A DNA stretch of 64,000 bases, taken from NCBI GenBank assembly GCA_026395595.1, contig JAPLYL010000006.1, positions 12,146 to 76,145 on the forward strand, read 5' to 3'. The notes under the pieces were generated by a model that saw only the letters and a list, made by a program, of their open reading frames with translations, made no database searches and was not told the DNA's origin. Numbering within the stretch: position 1 is the first letter of the stretch; each line of letters starts with the position of its first letter. This DNA is from Candidatus Parcubacteria bacterium. GTDB taxonomy: Bacteria; Patescibacteriota; Minisyncoccia; Phycocordibacterales; CAIJYI01. The position numbers were made by a program, and so were the translations under genes. Shown here piece by piece: positions 19,239 to 29,113 of the stretch.

Positions 19239-20582
19239 ATGATGTTTTTTAAACAAATCAGAATTCGAAAAGAAAAACAGGAAAGGGTTATTTCCGTTTT
19301 TCTTTTTTTATTGCTCGTTTGCTCCCCGATTGTTTCTTTTGGGGAAAATGTTTCTGATGGCACGGCTATTACAGTTAATCCGGAAGAAGAACTTCGGGAT
19401 AAAATTTTACAAAAGAATAGCGAGCTGGATCAGATAAAAGCGCAGATAGATACGTATCAAAAGCAATTGGACTTCACTCAAAAAGAGACCAAAACCCTGC
19501 AAAATACCGTTAAGGCTCTTGACCTTGATCGGCAAAAAATGAGCACGAGTATTAAATTGACACAGAAACAGCTTGAAGCGACTTCTTTGACTCTTCAGGA
19601 AGTTTCTTATGAAATAAAAGATACGGAAGCGAAAACAAACGCGTCAATGGAAGCTATCAAAGAAGTACTTCGTACGGTTGATCAGACCGATTCGAGAACC
19701 ATCCTTGAGATTGCTCTCTCCGATAAAACGCTTTCTGATATGCTAGACGATTCCATGCAGTTATCAAAGATCAGATCGCAAGTAAGCGATCATTTAAAAG
19801 AATTGCAATCGTATAAAGATACTCTGACAAAACAAAAAGAAAAATCTGAATCTCAAAAAAAACAACTCGCAGGATACCAATCCCAGTTGACCGACCAAAA
19901 GGTGGTTCTTGATATTGCCAAAAAAGAAAAAAACGATTTGCTTTTGGTAACCAAAAATAGAGAAGCAGGCTATCAGAAAATTCTTGACGCCAATCTCGCG
20001 AAGAAGCAAGCATTTGAAAAAGAACTTGCCGACTATGAAGCTCAGCTGACCAAACAGCTTGATAAAAAATATATTCCGACGGCCGGAATAAAAATACTTT
20101 CTTGGCCTTTAGAAAATCCCATTATTACTCAACACTTCGGTGTGACAAAAGATTCTGTACGGCTCTATGCGTCCGGAGCTCATAATGGAACTGACTTGAG
20201 AGCAAGCGTCGGGACAAAACTTTTATCTCCGGCGCAAGGCACGGTCATCGGCATGGGAGATACCGATGTTGCATGTCCAAAGGCTTCTTATGGAAAATGG
20301 GTGCTTATCAAACACGACAATGGTCTGACAACACTTATGGCTCATTTTTCTTTAATCAAAGTGTCTCAAGGCCAGCAAGTGTCCACCGGTGACCTTATCG
20401 GATATAGCGGTAATACCGGATACTCTACGGGTCCTCATCTTCACATAAGCGTCTTTGCTTCCGATGGTGTGACGGTAGGAACACTGCCCAGTAAATCATG
20501 CTCCGGAAGAACGTTCACTATGCCGTTGCCTACAGTAAAAAATGCGTACCTTGATCCTGAAGCCTACTTGCCGAATTTATAA
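19239..20582 (+). CDS. coiled-coil M23 family metallopeptidase (EnvC/NlpD-like)
   Basis: N-terminal signal/TM, long coiled coil, C-terminal LytM motifs HNGTD...GNTGYSTGPHLHISV. Confidence 0.75.
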   Translation: MMFFKQIRIRKEKQERVISVFLFLLLVCSPIVSFGENVSDGTAITVNPEEELRDKILQKNSELDQIKAQIDTYQKQLDFTQKETKTLQNTVKALDLDRQKMSTSIKLTQKQLEATSLTLQEVSYEIKDTEAKTNASMEAIKEVLRTVDQTDSRTILEIALSDKTLSDMLDDSMQLSKIRSQVSDHLKELQSYKDTLTKQKEKSESQKKQLAGYQSQLTDQKVVLDIAKKEKNDLLLVTKNREAGYQKILDANLAKKQAFEKELADYEAQLTKQLDKKYIPTAGIKILSWPLENPIITQHFGVTKDSVRLYASGAHNGTDLRASVGTKLLSPAQGTVIGMGDTDVACPKASYGKWVLIKHDNGLTTLMAHFSLIKVSQGQQVSTGDLIGYSGNTGYSTGPHLHISVFASDGVTVGTLPSKSCSGRTFTMPLPTVKNAYLDPEAYLPNL

Positions 20583-20592
20583 TTTTACGCCA

Positions 20593-20619
20593 CGTCATCC
20601 CGGATTTAATCCAGGATCC
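20593..20619 (+). repeat. conserved hairpin motif CGTCATCCCGG-loop-CCAGGATCC (copy 2 of 3)
   Basis: Shares the CGTCATCC flank and CCGG/CCRGGATC stem with 7123-7151 and 21496-21524. Confidence 0.45.
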
Positions 20620-20686
20620 AAGTCGTTATTGATGAGCTGAATTTTTAATTAGAATGAGATATTGAAAAATTATTTTTTAAAATACT

Positions 20687-20953
20687 ATGACAAACAAACG
20701 AAACCCACAATCAGGCTTTATACAGATTATCGTTCTTTTTATCGTTTTCTGTATTATCGTCTGGTATTTCAAAATAGATGTTCGCGGATATGTTGATTCG
20801 CATTCTCAAATAAAAGATATCTTGACCAAAACAATAGATGCACTGAAGACTCTTTGGAGCGACTATCTGGTCGGGGCAGGGACGTTCATCTGGCACAATA
20901 TCATCATAGATATTTTCTGGAATAATATAACGCCGTTCATTCCGGGAAAATAA
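20687..20953 (+). CDS. small hypothetical membrane protein
   Basis: ORF with TM helix; hairpin terminator at ~20983-21013. Confidence 0.4.
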   Translation: MTNKRNPQSGFIQIIVLFIVFCIIVWYFKIDVRGYVDSHSQIKDILTKTIDALKTLWSDYLVGAGTFIWHNIIIDIFWNNITPFIPGK

Positions 20954-21495
20954 TTCAGAAAGTTTTTATACCATTGAAGGGAAGTCTGCTCAAAAACGAG
21001 CAGGCTTTTTTCCAGGCTCTATTTGAAAAAGAAGAATGGTAACGTCGTAAAAGATATATTGTACGACGTTGCCAAATAAAAAATAAAACCCTGATTGGGC
21101 CGATAAGACCGCTCCCCCGATCTATCATACCGGTTGGGTGACCGGTCAGACAGAATGAAAATAAAATTATATTTTGCATAAAAAATTTACAAAATATTTT
21201 TCCGAAAAAATTCCCCACCCTGTATGCTTCCGTATATGTTTTGAGTAGTATCTTAATCCTCTCAATTACCTCAAAAACCGACTTTCCTGATCTTGCTCTT
21301 TTGAGGGATTTTTGCCCCCCCCTCCGATTTTGCGTATAAAAACACATTATATCATATTCCGTCAAGTTTTCGTTTAGGACGTAAAAATGCTCGCCTCGTA
21401 TCCAAAAACCGAGCGGTAGGTATATACCTTTAAAATCACTCCACGAGCCGACTTTGTTTGCATCAAAGAGGACGAAAGTTTCATTACGCTATCTT

Positions 21496-21524
21496 TCCGT
21501 CATCCCGGCCCGCGAGCCGGGATC
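21496..21524 (+). repeat. conserved hairpin motif CCGTCATCCCGGC-CCGCGA-GCCGGGATCT (copy 3 of 3)
   Basis: Perfect 8-bp stem ATCCCGGC/GCCGGGAT; same flanks as the other two copies. Confidence 0.5.
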
Positions 21525-21683
21525 TATGTTTACCTGCGATGTAAATATAAAACTTTTTTAATCGCCGGAGCGGGTTTATAACCCGATCCGAAACATTTGT
21601 ATAACAAAATACGCTTTGTATTCTTTTTGTCGTAAAAATATAATGGTCGCCGAATTCAAATCCGGCGACCGTTCTTTCTCTCT

Positions 21684-21920
21684 TTATTCTTTTGTACTCT
21701 TTTCTCTCCAAATTTTCTTTTGTTGCAGCTTCGCTGTTTTTTCAATCGCTTCCCATAATTCTTTTTGTCTTCTGATGAGAAGTTTTTGAAAAAATCTTTT
21801 CATGGACGTACCGAGCTTTTTATCTTCCGTATCATCGCTTTGAAGAAATCGTTCCGCTTCTTCCAGCACTTTCAAAATCGCCGGGATGTTTATTTCACCC
21901 CTATATTTTTTTCTCCGCAT
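21684..21920 (-). CDS. hypothetical basic protein
   Basis: GGAG 8 nt upstream of ATG; bidirectional hairpin terminator at 21642-21680. Confidence 0.4.
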   Translation of the reverse strand: MRRKKYRGEINIPAILKVLEEAERFLQSDDTEDKKLGTSMKRFFQKLLIRRQKELWEAIEKTAKLQQKKIWREKSTKE

Positions 21921-22061
21921 TCTTCATTCTCCGTTTTAAACCAAAAACACAATAACACTATATAACTACTCTTGTCAATGGCATAACAAAAAAAGATTGA
22001 CTTTGAAATGGTTTTTTTCTATACTCCAAGTCAGGTAGAACATTTCAGAGGGTGTAAAATA

Positions 22062-22322
22062 ATGGTTACAAAAGAAGATATATTTTTGATAAGGGAGCTT
22101 GAATCTCAAATTGACCGGTATTTAATAAAGAATTATTGTGACGATAAAAAGATCAAAAAACTCGTTATTCTCATAATTGAAACGATGGAGAAACCGGTGA
22201 AAGAATTGTTAAACAAACGAGTAGCAGAGCATATTATCTCTTTATATGCCGATTACAACTGGCACATTCGCTTTTTTACTGAAAAAGAAGATCTTTACGT
22301 GGAAATTTCAGCAACATTGTAA
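22062..22322 (+). CDS. hypothetical protein (86 aa)
   Basis: AGAGGGTG Shine-Dalgarno before the internal ATG; terminator AATCCCG...CGGGATT plus T7 at 22330-22358. Confidence 0.4.
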   Translation: MVTKEDIFLIRELESQIDRYLIKNYCDDKKIKKLVILIIETMEKPVKELLNKRVAEHIISLYADYNWHIRFFTEKEDLYVEISATL

Positions 22323-22459
22323 AATTTCAAATCCCGCCTCTGATGACGGGATTTTTTTGGTAAGTCACCTCGTTGTAGAGAAATTTCGTGCCAAACACTC
22401 CTTTTCTTTTCATATCAACTTCTTTATCCTCTTATTGCCTGAAGTATCCCCTCCATTTT

Positions 22460-23671
22460 TTATACCGGCAAGCTATGTTTATGATGGTTTAAATACATGA
22501 CAGCAAAAATAAAACTGCAAGCGCTTAAGATAATGAGTGTGGATTTCATGCTGAGCAAATCTATCGAAATACCCAAAGTTATTGGTCCGATAATGCCGGT
22601 TATGGACGATACCCCTTGAAAAGCGGCACTCAGCCCGCCAAGATGTTCTTTTGGGATATAAAGAGCCACTTCGCGATCAATCGTCAGTACCAATAATTTC
22701 AGACATATTCCGATTAAAAATACCAAAATGAGTTGTACGGGAAAGACTGGTGCAATGGCAAGGATAAGCAAAAGTATGGCTGAGATCCCGCTTGCCCAAA
22801 AGATACCATGTTTTTTGTATCTATCTGAAATTTCCCCGATAGGAGAACTGAAAAGACATGGGACCGTGGCAAAAGCGGTAAGTAGGACAACCTTCCAAAG
22901 ACTTTCATTTTGCGTATAGGCATAAATAGGGATAAAAAATTCTCCGACAGTGGCGACTATTCCGACAAAAAACAAAAGCGCAGCTAAATGTCTCACTCTA
23001 TTACTCCACGAAATAATCGTTTTAAAAAAACTTCCGAAAGATCCGGCAATAGACAGCCGAGCACCTTGAGAAAGTTCTGCAGCCGTAAGACCGTCCGGCA
23101 AAGTCCGAACTAAAAGCATTGAAATCAGTGACGTTGGTATGATTAGAAGAAAGAGAAAATGTATTGGAACATACTGAATTGCCGCAAGACTCAAAAAGAC
23201 AGCTGCGAGCCACCAAAAATTTCCAAGAGAATCTATATACCCGAATGAAGTTGCGATATTGTTTGTTTTTGTATGAGTATACACATAGGTTGCTCTCCCG
23301 ACACTATCAAGAGCATAAGCAATGCCATTAAGAGCGCGAGCTCCAATAAGAAAAGCAACGACACCAAGAGAACCGGCAAAAAAGTAGCTTATACTGACAA
23401 ATGGGTATATTAAAAGTGAAACAAACATAAGTTTTTTGCTGGCAATATTGTCTGCAAACCAAGACACTATGGGGAGAGAGAGTAAAAAAGCTATTCCAAA
23501 AACGGAACGAAAAAGACCGGCCTCGGCGTAGGTTTGAGAAAAAGAAAAAAGAAAAATAGGAAAGAACGCTTCTGCAAACCCCCAGCCAAACCATCGTATT
23601 GAAGTTGACATGGCAATCGTCCTCACCCCATCTTCTACATTCGGATGAAATATCCGCAATAGTTTTTTCAT
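22460..23671 (-). CDS. MFS transporter
   Basis: ~12 predicted TM helices; about 400 aa. Confidence 0.6.
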   Translation of the reverse strand: MKKLLRIFHPNVEDGVRTIAMSTSIRWFGWGFAEAFFPIFLFSFSQTYAEAGLFRSVFGIAFLLSLPIVSWFADNIASKKLMFVSLLIYPFVSISYFFAGSLGVVAFLIGARALNGIAYALDSVGRATYVYTHTKTNNIATSFGYIDSLGNFWWLAAVFLSLAAIQYVPIHFLFLLIIPTSLISMLLVRTLPDGLTAAELSQGARLSIAGSFGSFFKTIISWSNRVRHLAALLFFVGIVATVGEFFIPIYAYTQNESLWKVVLLTAFATVPCLFSSPIGEISDRYKKHGIFWASGISAILLLILAIAPVFPVQLILVFLIGICLKLLVLTIDREVALYIPKEHLGGLSAAFQGVSSITGIIGPITLGISIDLLSMKSTLIILSACSFIFAVMYLNHHKHSLPV

Positions 23672-23687
23672 TATATATATTTATGGA

Positions 23688-23933
23688 TTATTCTTTATTT
23701 ATCATTCTCTCTTTTTCTTCTCTTTTCATTTTTTTTATTTTTGCTTCTTCTTTGGAAGCTTCGCTGCGGTTTTCGTATTTTTTTGCATACGCCAAAACGA
23801 CGGGACGACGGCCTTTGGTGTATTTGGCACCGAGAGGTGAACTATTGTGTTCTTCTAGTCTGCGATTAAGATCAGTAGTGATTCCGCAATAAAAACTTCC
23901 ATCAGCACATTTGAGAAGATAGACATAATACAT
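23688..23933 (-). CDS. GIY-YIG nuclease family protein
   Basis: YVYLLKCADGSFYCGITTDLNRRLEEHN motif. Confidence 0.7.
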   Translation of the reverse strand: MYYVYLLKCADGSFYCGITTDLNRRLEEHNSSPLGAKYTKGRRPVVLAYAKKYENRSEASKEEAKIKKMKREEKERMINKE

Positions 23934-24305
23934 TTATTTTTTTCTCTTGAACCTGAGGAGATGAAGGTGATAGTGTTCTACGCTTTTCATATGAGCGAAA
24001 TTCTCCCAGATAAAATCATATTTCTTTTCTCTGGTAAGTTGACGGGTTTTTATATGAACGAGTTCCGCTCTCTCCTCTTCAGTCATTTCAGATTCTTTTT
24101 TGAAGTGGCGTTTCGGAATAATAAGATCGTGTTCTTCCGCAATGCGGTCGTAAGGGAATATATTTTTCAGTATCTTCCAGTGGGTAAAAATACATTTTTT
24201 GTTATCTGGATTTTCAACGCAAAAATCACACTTTGACTTTTTGTCATTCGCACCTTCCCTATATCGATGATATTTTTCAAGCGTTCTTTTTGTTCTAAAA
24301 TTCAT
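23934..24305 (-). CDS. HIT-family (histidine triad) hydrolase-like protein
   Basis: C-terminal HYHLHLL (H-phi-H-phi-H-phi-phi) motif. Confidence 0.45.
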   Translation of the reverse strand: MNFRTKRTLEKYHRYREGANDKKSKCDFCVENPDNKKCIFTHWKILKNIFPYDRIAEEHDLIIPKRHFKKESEMTEEERAELVHIKTRQLTREKKYDFIWENFAHMKSVEHYHLHLLRFKRKK

Positions 24306-24313
24306 AAATAATT

Positions 24314-24772
24314 TTAGACATCATTCCACGAAACAGCGCTCCCTTTCGCAAGTTCTTCGCATTTTCTTTTAATGGATTCCGGAAGTATCGGAAATCGGGA
24401 TATCTCGGAAAGCGGCAACCAAGAAAAGAGTATGTGTTCCTCTTTTGAAGGCATTTTTTCTCCGAGGGTTATTTTGTCTGCGGTGAAATACAAATTTATC
24501 TCGTGTCGCGGTTGTCCTTTTTGAATGAACGTATTTTCACTTGTTCCCGCAAAAGCAAATTGCACGTCTGTTGTTTTTACCCCTGTTTCTTCCAAGAGTT
24601 CCCTTCTCAAAGCTTTCTTCGCTGTTTCAGTAAATTCTATATGGCCTCCGGGCAGATAATAATAGTGTTTATCTTTAGGCGAGCAGAAGAGTACTCTTTT
24701 CTTCTCTTCATCTAAGATAATCGCGCGTGCGATAACTTCGGTACATTCGCACAAATTTTTTCTTCGGTCCAT
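24314..24772 (-). CDS. NUDIX hydrolase
   Basis: Nudix box GGHIEFTETAKKALRRELLEETGV. Confidence 0.8.
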   Translation of the reverse strand: MDRRKNLCECTEVIARAIILDEEKKRVLFCSPKDKHYYYLPGGHIEFTETAKKALRRELLEETGVKTTDVQFAFAGTSENTFIQKGQPRHEINLYFTADKITLGEKMPSKEEHILFSWLPLSEISRFPILPESIKRKCEELAKGSAVSWNDV

Positions 24773-24781
24773 GAAGATATT

Positions 24782-25441
24782 TTATTCTGAAATAGTTGCG
24801 GTATTTATAACAACGGGAGTAATCGGTTTGTCATTCGCTCCGGTCTTCACTTTTCCTATCGCGTCAACCACTTCTTGTCCGGAAATGACTTTCCCAAAAA
24901 TAGTATACGCGTTCGGTAACGGATAATCTTCAAGCATGATAAAGAATTGGCTTCCGTTTGTATTCGGTCCGGCATTTGCCATAGCGACGACTCCCTTTTT
25001 GTATCCTGCTTTATATGATGCGGTATTAGGATTCAACTCGTCTTCAAATTTAAATCCAGGGCCTCCCATACCCGTTCCTGTCGGATCTCCTCCTTGGATC
25101 ATAAACCCGCTGATAACGCGGTGAAAGATAACGCCGTTATAAAATCCTTTTTTAGCGAGCGTCACGAAATTCTCAACGGTTTTCGGAGCATCGTTATTGT
25201 AGGTTTCAAAAACGATTTTCCCCATGTTGGTATCCAAAGTAATGGTGTTCATATTTTTTTTATTATTAGTTTCTACTGTTTTATCAGCGGTAGTCTCGAC
25301 GACATCCGCGGTTGCTGTTATTTTTTCTGCAGGAGCGCTTTCTTTTTGCGCCGGTGCCATTCCCGGATTTGAATAAAAAGCGAATGCTAATCCCGCGATA
25401 ACGGCTATCGCCGCAATGATAAGAATTTTATTTTCTTTCAT
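24782..25441 (-). CDS. ppiB: peptidyl-prolyl cis-trans isomerase, cyclophilin type, membrane-anchored/secreted
   Basis: FHRVISGFMIQGGDPTGTGMGGPG cyclophilin core; N-terminal TM. Confidence 0.85.
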   Translation of the reverse strand: MKENKILIIAAIAVIAGLAFAFYSNPGMAPAQKESAPAEKITATADVVETTADKTVETNNKKNMNTITLDTNMGKIVFETYNNDAPKTVENFVTLAKKGFYNGVIFHRVISGFMIQGGDPTGTGMGGPGFKFEDELNPNTASYKAGYKKGVVAMANAGPNTNGSQFFIMLEDYPLPNAYTIFGKVISGQEVVDAIGKVKTGANDKPITPVVINTATISE

Positions 25442-25456
25442 GGTATTTTATTTGAA

Positions 25457-26164
25457 TTATTCCGGTAATATCACCGAACCGATCTTTTCATTAAAAGCGT
25501 CAAAGATCGCATTCATAGCGATGACTTTTATAATAAGTTTATGTTCTTTTGCGAGAGCGACCGCGGAAGCATCGGCAACTTTCAGATTTTGTTCCAGCAC
25601 CTCAATGGATTTCATGCGGTCAATCTTTTTGGCGTTCGGGTCGGTTTTTGGGTCAGCAGTATAAATGCCGTCAACGCCGTTCTTCGCCATAACGAGCATA
25701 TCGGCGCCGATTTCCAGTGAACGCTGAACCGCATTAGAATCGGTGGAAAAATAAGCGGCTCCGAGACCGGCGGCAAAAATAACGATTCTTCCTTCGCTCA
25801 AATGTTCCTCCACTTCCGCCTGCATCATTTCTGCGCACACACGGCGCATGCCGATAGCTGATGACACCCGAGCCTCCATTCCCTGACTTTCAAAGTAATC
25901 CCGAAGCACGAGGGAGTTTTGAACCGTACCGAGCATTCCTATGTAGTCGGCGGTCATTCTTTTTACTCCGGGAAGACCGGAAAGGTCCCGCCCGCGGAAG
26001 AGGTTCCCTCCTCCGACTACGATTCCAATCTCCACTTTTTCCGCTTGTAATTTTTTGATTTGGTCGGCAATGTTTTTGAACATTTCCTCTGAATATTTTT
26101 GGTCATTCGCCTTCCCAGAAAGCGCTTCTCCCGAGAGTTTTAAAAGAATTCTTTTGTTTTTCAT
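25457..26164 (-). CDS. pyrH: UMP kinase
   Basis: ILLKLSGEAL and GIVVGGGNLFRG motifs. Confidence 0.9.
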   Translation of the reverse strand: MKNKRILLKLSGEALSGKANDQKYSEEMFKNIADQIKKLQAEKVEIGIVVGGGNLFRGRDLSGLPGVKRMTADYIGMLGTVQNSLVLRDYFESQGMEARVSSAIGMRRVCAEMMQAEVEEHLSEGRIVIFAAGLGAAYFSTDSNAVQRSLEIGADMLVMAKNGVDGIYTADPKTDPNAKKIDRMKSIEVLEQNLKVADASAVALAKEHKLIIKVIAMNAIFDAFNEKIGSVILPE

Positions 26165-26269
26165 GAGGTGTATTATACCAAAAAACTCTCGCGGTCGGAA
26201 GTGTTGACATCAGTAAAACTAAGGGTTACCCTTACAAAGGGAAAAATGCTTTTCTTAAAGGAGATGTGC

Positions 26270-26578
26270 ATGAACGGCCGTTCTTTTGTACAGATTTTAT
26301 CTAGTGTTCTTTTTATTTTTTGGGGCTGCGTTTTTGGAGCTATTGTTTTTAGTCAGTCGGGGCTTGGCTCTCTTTCTCACAACTTGGCGCATTTTATTAC
26401 CTTTTGGTTCGTCGTTGTTACTTGCTGGGTAGGGTACATTACCGGGAAGAATGCGGTAAAAATATATCAAGAAAAAATAACGTTTGATACCATAAGCAAA
26501 CACGATTTCTTATTATTATTTTTCGGCGCTCTTTTATTGATAACCGGAAAACTGCTCTTTATTGTTTTCATTGCCTAA
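26270..26578 (+). CDS. hypothetical membrane protein
   Basis: AAGGAG Shine-Dalgarno before the internal ATG; three TM helices; terminator follows. Confidence 0.4.
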   Translation: MNGRSFVQILSSVLFIFWGCVFGAIVFSQSGLGSLSHNLAHFITFWFVVVTCWVGYITGKNAVKIYQEKITFDTISKHDFLLLFFGALLLITGKLLFIVFIA

Positions 26579-26586
26579 ATACACCC

Positions 26587-26616
26587 AAAAGCCCTCGCAA
26601 CTGCGAGGGCTTTTTC
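26587..26616. terminator. bidirectional terminator
   Basis: GCCCTCGCA-ACTG-CGAGGGC plus T-run. Confidence 0.7.
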
Positions 26617-26667
26617 TTTCCCTTTTTTCTTGTTGCTTTTTCCTTTCTTCTTCTTTTACTTCTCCAT

Positions 26668-28683
26668 CTACCATATCTTCGCCCTATCTTTCGGTTCCCG
26701 ATACAGCTTATCTCCCGGCTTCACTCCCCATGTCTCCGCAAATTCCGGCATGTTGGAAGCGGGTCCGTTGATTCGAAAAACAGCAGGAGAGTGAGGGTCG
26801 GTAACCACGATTTTCCTCAAAAGTTCGGGACGGACTTGGTCGCATTCAAACATCACCCAGCCCAAGAAAAATCTCTGCTCGGGAGTAAAGCCGTCCAAAA
26901 TAACCTTCTCCTTCCCTTCTTGCGATTTCTTGAAAGCGGCAAAAGCAAGCGTCGTTCCTCCGAGGTCGGCGATATTTTCACCCAGAGTGAGCGCCCCGTT
27001 TATTTTCAAATCATCTATCGCGACATACTTATTGAACTCCTCTTCCAAGACTTTCGCCTTCTCCTCAAATTTTTTCTTATCTTCATCCGTCCACCAATTT
27101 TTGAAATTTCCCGTTTCATCAAATTGTCGTCCTTGGTCGTCAAAAGCGTGTGTGATCTCGTGTCCGATAACCGAGCCGATAGCGCCGTAGTTTACCGCAT
27201 CATCCGCTTTTGGATCAAAGAACGGCGGTTGCATAATTCCGGCAGGAAAAACGATTTCGTTGACGACCGGACTGTAATACGCATTTACGGTCGGTACGGT
27301 CATGTGCCATTCTTTGAGATCCGGTTTCTTTTTCAGCTTCCGAAGAATGCGTTTTGATTCAAACGCATGAATGCGCCAATAGTTTTCAATGTAGGAATCG
27401 GGCGTAATAACCAAGCCTTTATACCCTTTCCATTTGTCCGGATACCCTAATTTGCGCGTAATGGTGGAAAGTTTTTTCAATGCCAGTTTTTTGGTTTTCG
27501 GCGTCATCCAATCCAATTGCTCTATCCGTTCCTGATAAGCTTCAAAAAGATTATCCACGAGTTCATTCACTTTCTTTTTTGCCTCATGATCAAAATATCG
27601 TTGCACATAGAGCTTACCGAGCGCGTCGCCGATGGTCGCATCAACAAAACCGACCACACGCTCCCAGAGAGGTCGTTGCTTTTTTACTCCCGCCAGCGTT
27701 GTGCTGTAAAATTTGAAATGTTCAACGACGAATTTTTTATCAAAAAAACCGGCCGCTCCGTTCAATACATGCCAGAAGAAATATGATTTCCATTCTTCAA
27801 GAGAAACTTCGCTCAAGAGTTCCCCCACTCTTTTCATAAAGACGGGTTGAGCGACAATAAGCTCTTCCAACTTTCCTGCGCCGACCAGCTTAAAGTATTT
27901 TTCCCAATCCAATCCGGGCGCTTCTTTTGAAAGTTTTGGAATCGTCCGTTTGTTGTATTGGCTTTCAATATCACGCAACTCTACCTGCGTCATGGAATGT
28001 TTTGCCAGTTCGGTTTCTATTTTCAAAATCGCCTTCATTGCTTCATTTGATTCTACTTGGTTTTTTCCGTAATGACGGAACATTTTTACGATGTATTTTA
28101 CATAGGCTTCTCGGACACGTTGAGAATCAGTATCGTCTTTCAGATAATAATCTCTGTCGGGAAGAGAAAGTCCGCTCTGTCCGAGGTAAAGAATGTTTTT
28201 GTCGTTATGCCGTTCGTCTTGGTCAATATAAAATCCGAAGAGCGCGTCAAAACCGAGGTTGTGCAAAAAGGAGATAAGCGGGATTATTTCTTCAACTTTT
28301 TTGATTTCGTTGATTTTCTTTTCAATAAAAAGAATAGGTTTCGCCCCGTCTTTTTCCCGCTTCGCTTCGTTCATTCCCGAAAGATACAGGTCTCGAACCA
28401 TTTGCGCATCGCTTCCCTTCTCCGGTTTTTTCTCGGCGGAAAGTTCGTCCACAATAGCTTTCAATCTTTTACGATTGTCTTGCCGAAGCACGGAAAAAAT
28501 TCCCCACGAAGCTTCCGTCGCAGGCAGAGGATTTTTTTTCAGCCATCCTCCGACCGCATAATGAAAAAAGTCGTCGGTCGGACGAATGCTCGTATCCAGA
28601 TTTTTCAGATCAAATCCCCAGTTTTTTGTTGTCATAGTATGAACCAGTATAGAGGAAAACAGGAGCGAGAGAAACGTTGACAA
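26668..28683 (-). CDS. pepO: M13 family metallopeptidase (neprilysin/PepO-like)
   Basis: HEITH zinc motif, ENIADLGG and NAYY M13 signatures; ~670 aa. Confidence 0.85.
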   Translation of the reverse strand: MSTFLSLLFSSILVHTMTTKNWGFDLKNLDTSIRPTDDFFHYAVGGWLKKNPLPATEASWGIFSVLRQDNRKRLKAIVDELSAEKKPEKGSDAQMVRDLYLSGMNEAKREKDGAKPILFIEKKINEIKKVEEIIPLISFLHNLGFDALFGFYIDQDERHNDKNILYLGQSGLSLPDRDYYLKDDTDSQRVREAYVKYIVKMFRHYGKNQVESNEAMKAILKIETELAKHSMTQVELRDIESQYNKRTIPKLSKEAPGLDWEKYFKLVGAGKLEELIVAQPVFMKRVGELLSEVSLEEWKSYFFWHVLNGAAGFFDKKFVVEHFKFYSTTLAGVKKQRPLWERVVGFVDATIGDALGKLYVQRYFDHEAKKKVNELVDNLFEAYQERIEQLDWMTPKTKKLALKKLSTITRKLGYPDKWKGYKGLVITPDSYIENYWRIHAFESKRILRKLKKKPDLKEWHMTVPTVNAYYSPVVNEIVFPAGIMQPPFFDPKADDAVNYGAIGSVIGHEITHAFDDQGRQFDETGNFKNWWTDEDKKKFEEKAKVLEEEFNKYVAIDDLKINGALTLGENIADLGGTTLAFAAFKKSQEGKEKVILDGFTPEQRFFLGWVMFECDQVRPELLRKIVVTDPHSPAVFRINGPASNMPEFAETWGVKPGDKLYREPKDRAKIW

Positions 28684-28743
28684 TTCTAATAATACATGAT
28701 AGTATATTACACGATACCAACCTGCTCTTTGAGGAGACGCACC

Positions 28744-29064
28744 ATGAAAAGAAGAAAAATCAATTTGATCGGCGACAGCCTTTCAACCGCAACCGGCGCA
28801 TTTTTATCTTTCGTTATTTTTACCTATTTCGGAACGGCGACTTTATGGGCCTTTACAACGGCCGTTATTGCTTCTCTGATAGTTTTTGCGATAGCAAGAA
28901 AATGCGATTTTACCAAAGACGATACCATAGCCGAAGAAAATGATTACCCTCCGAGTCTTTTTGCCTCCATGGTCTTTGCCTGTTTGGCCGCCACTTTAGT
29001 AATAAGCTGCTTCGGCTTTGTCCTGCTGACCTACACGCAGTCATTTTTACATTTGATAGCGTAG
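28744..29064 (+). CDS. hypothetical membrane protein
   Basis: GAGGAG Shine-Dalgarno before ATG; three TM helices. Confidence 0.4.
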   Translation: MKRRKINLIGDSLSTATGAFLSFVIFTYFGTATLWAFTTAVIASLIVFAIARKCDFTKDDTIAEENDYPPSLFASMVFACLAATLVISCFGFVLLTYTQSFLHLIA

Positions 29065-29113
29065 TCCCGAACAAAAGCGCCGCGACCGAGGTCGTGGCGC
29101 TTTCTTTTTTATT

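Noticed and set aside
20955-21365. 136-aa minus-strand ORF in the 730-bp ORF-poor gap
   Set aside because: No ribosome-binding site and an odd composition (W/R/F rich). The region contains hairpins and a conserved repeat and is more likely non-coding or regulatory.
21590-21611. Shared 20-nt motif CCGAAAC(GAAAC)ATTTG(G/T)ATAACA(C/A)AAT at 21585-21611 and 47135-47161
   Set aside because: Only two copies and short; it could be chance in AT-rich intergenic DNA. I noted it but do not call it a feature.
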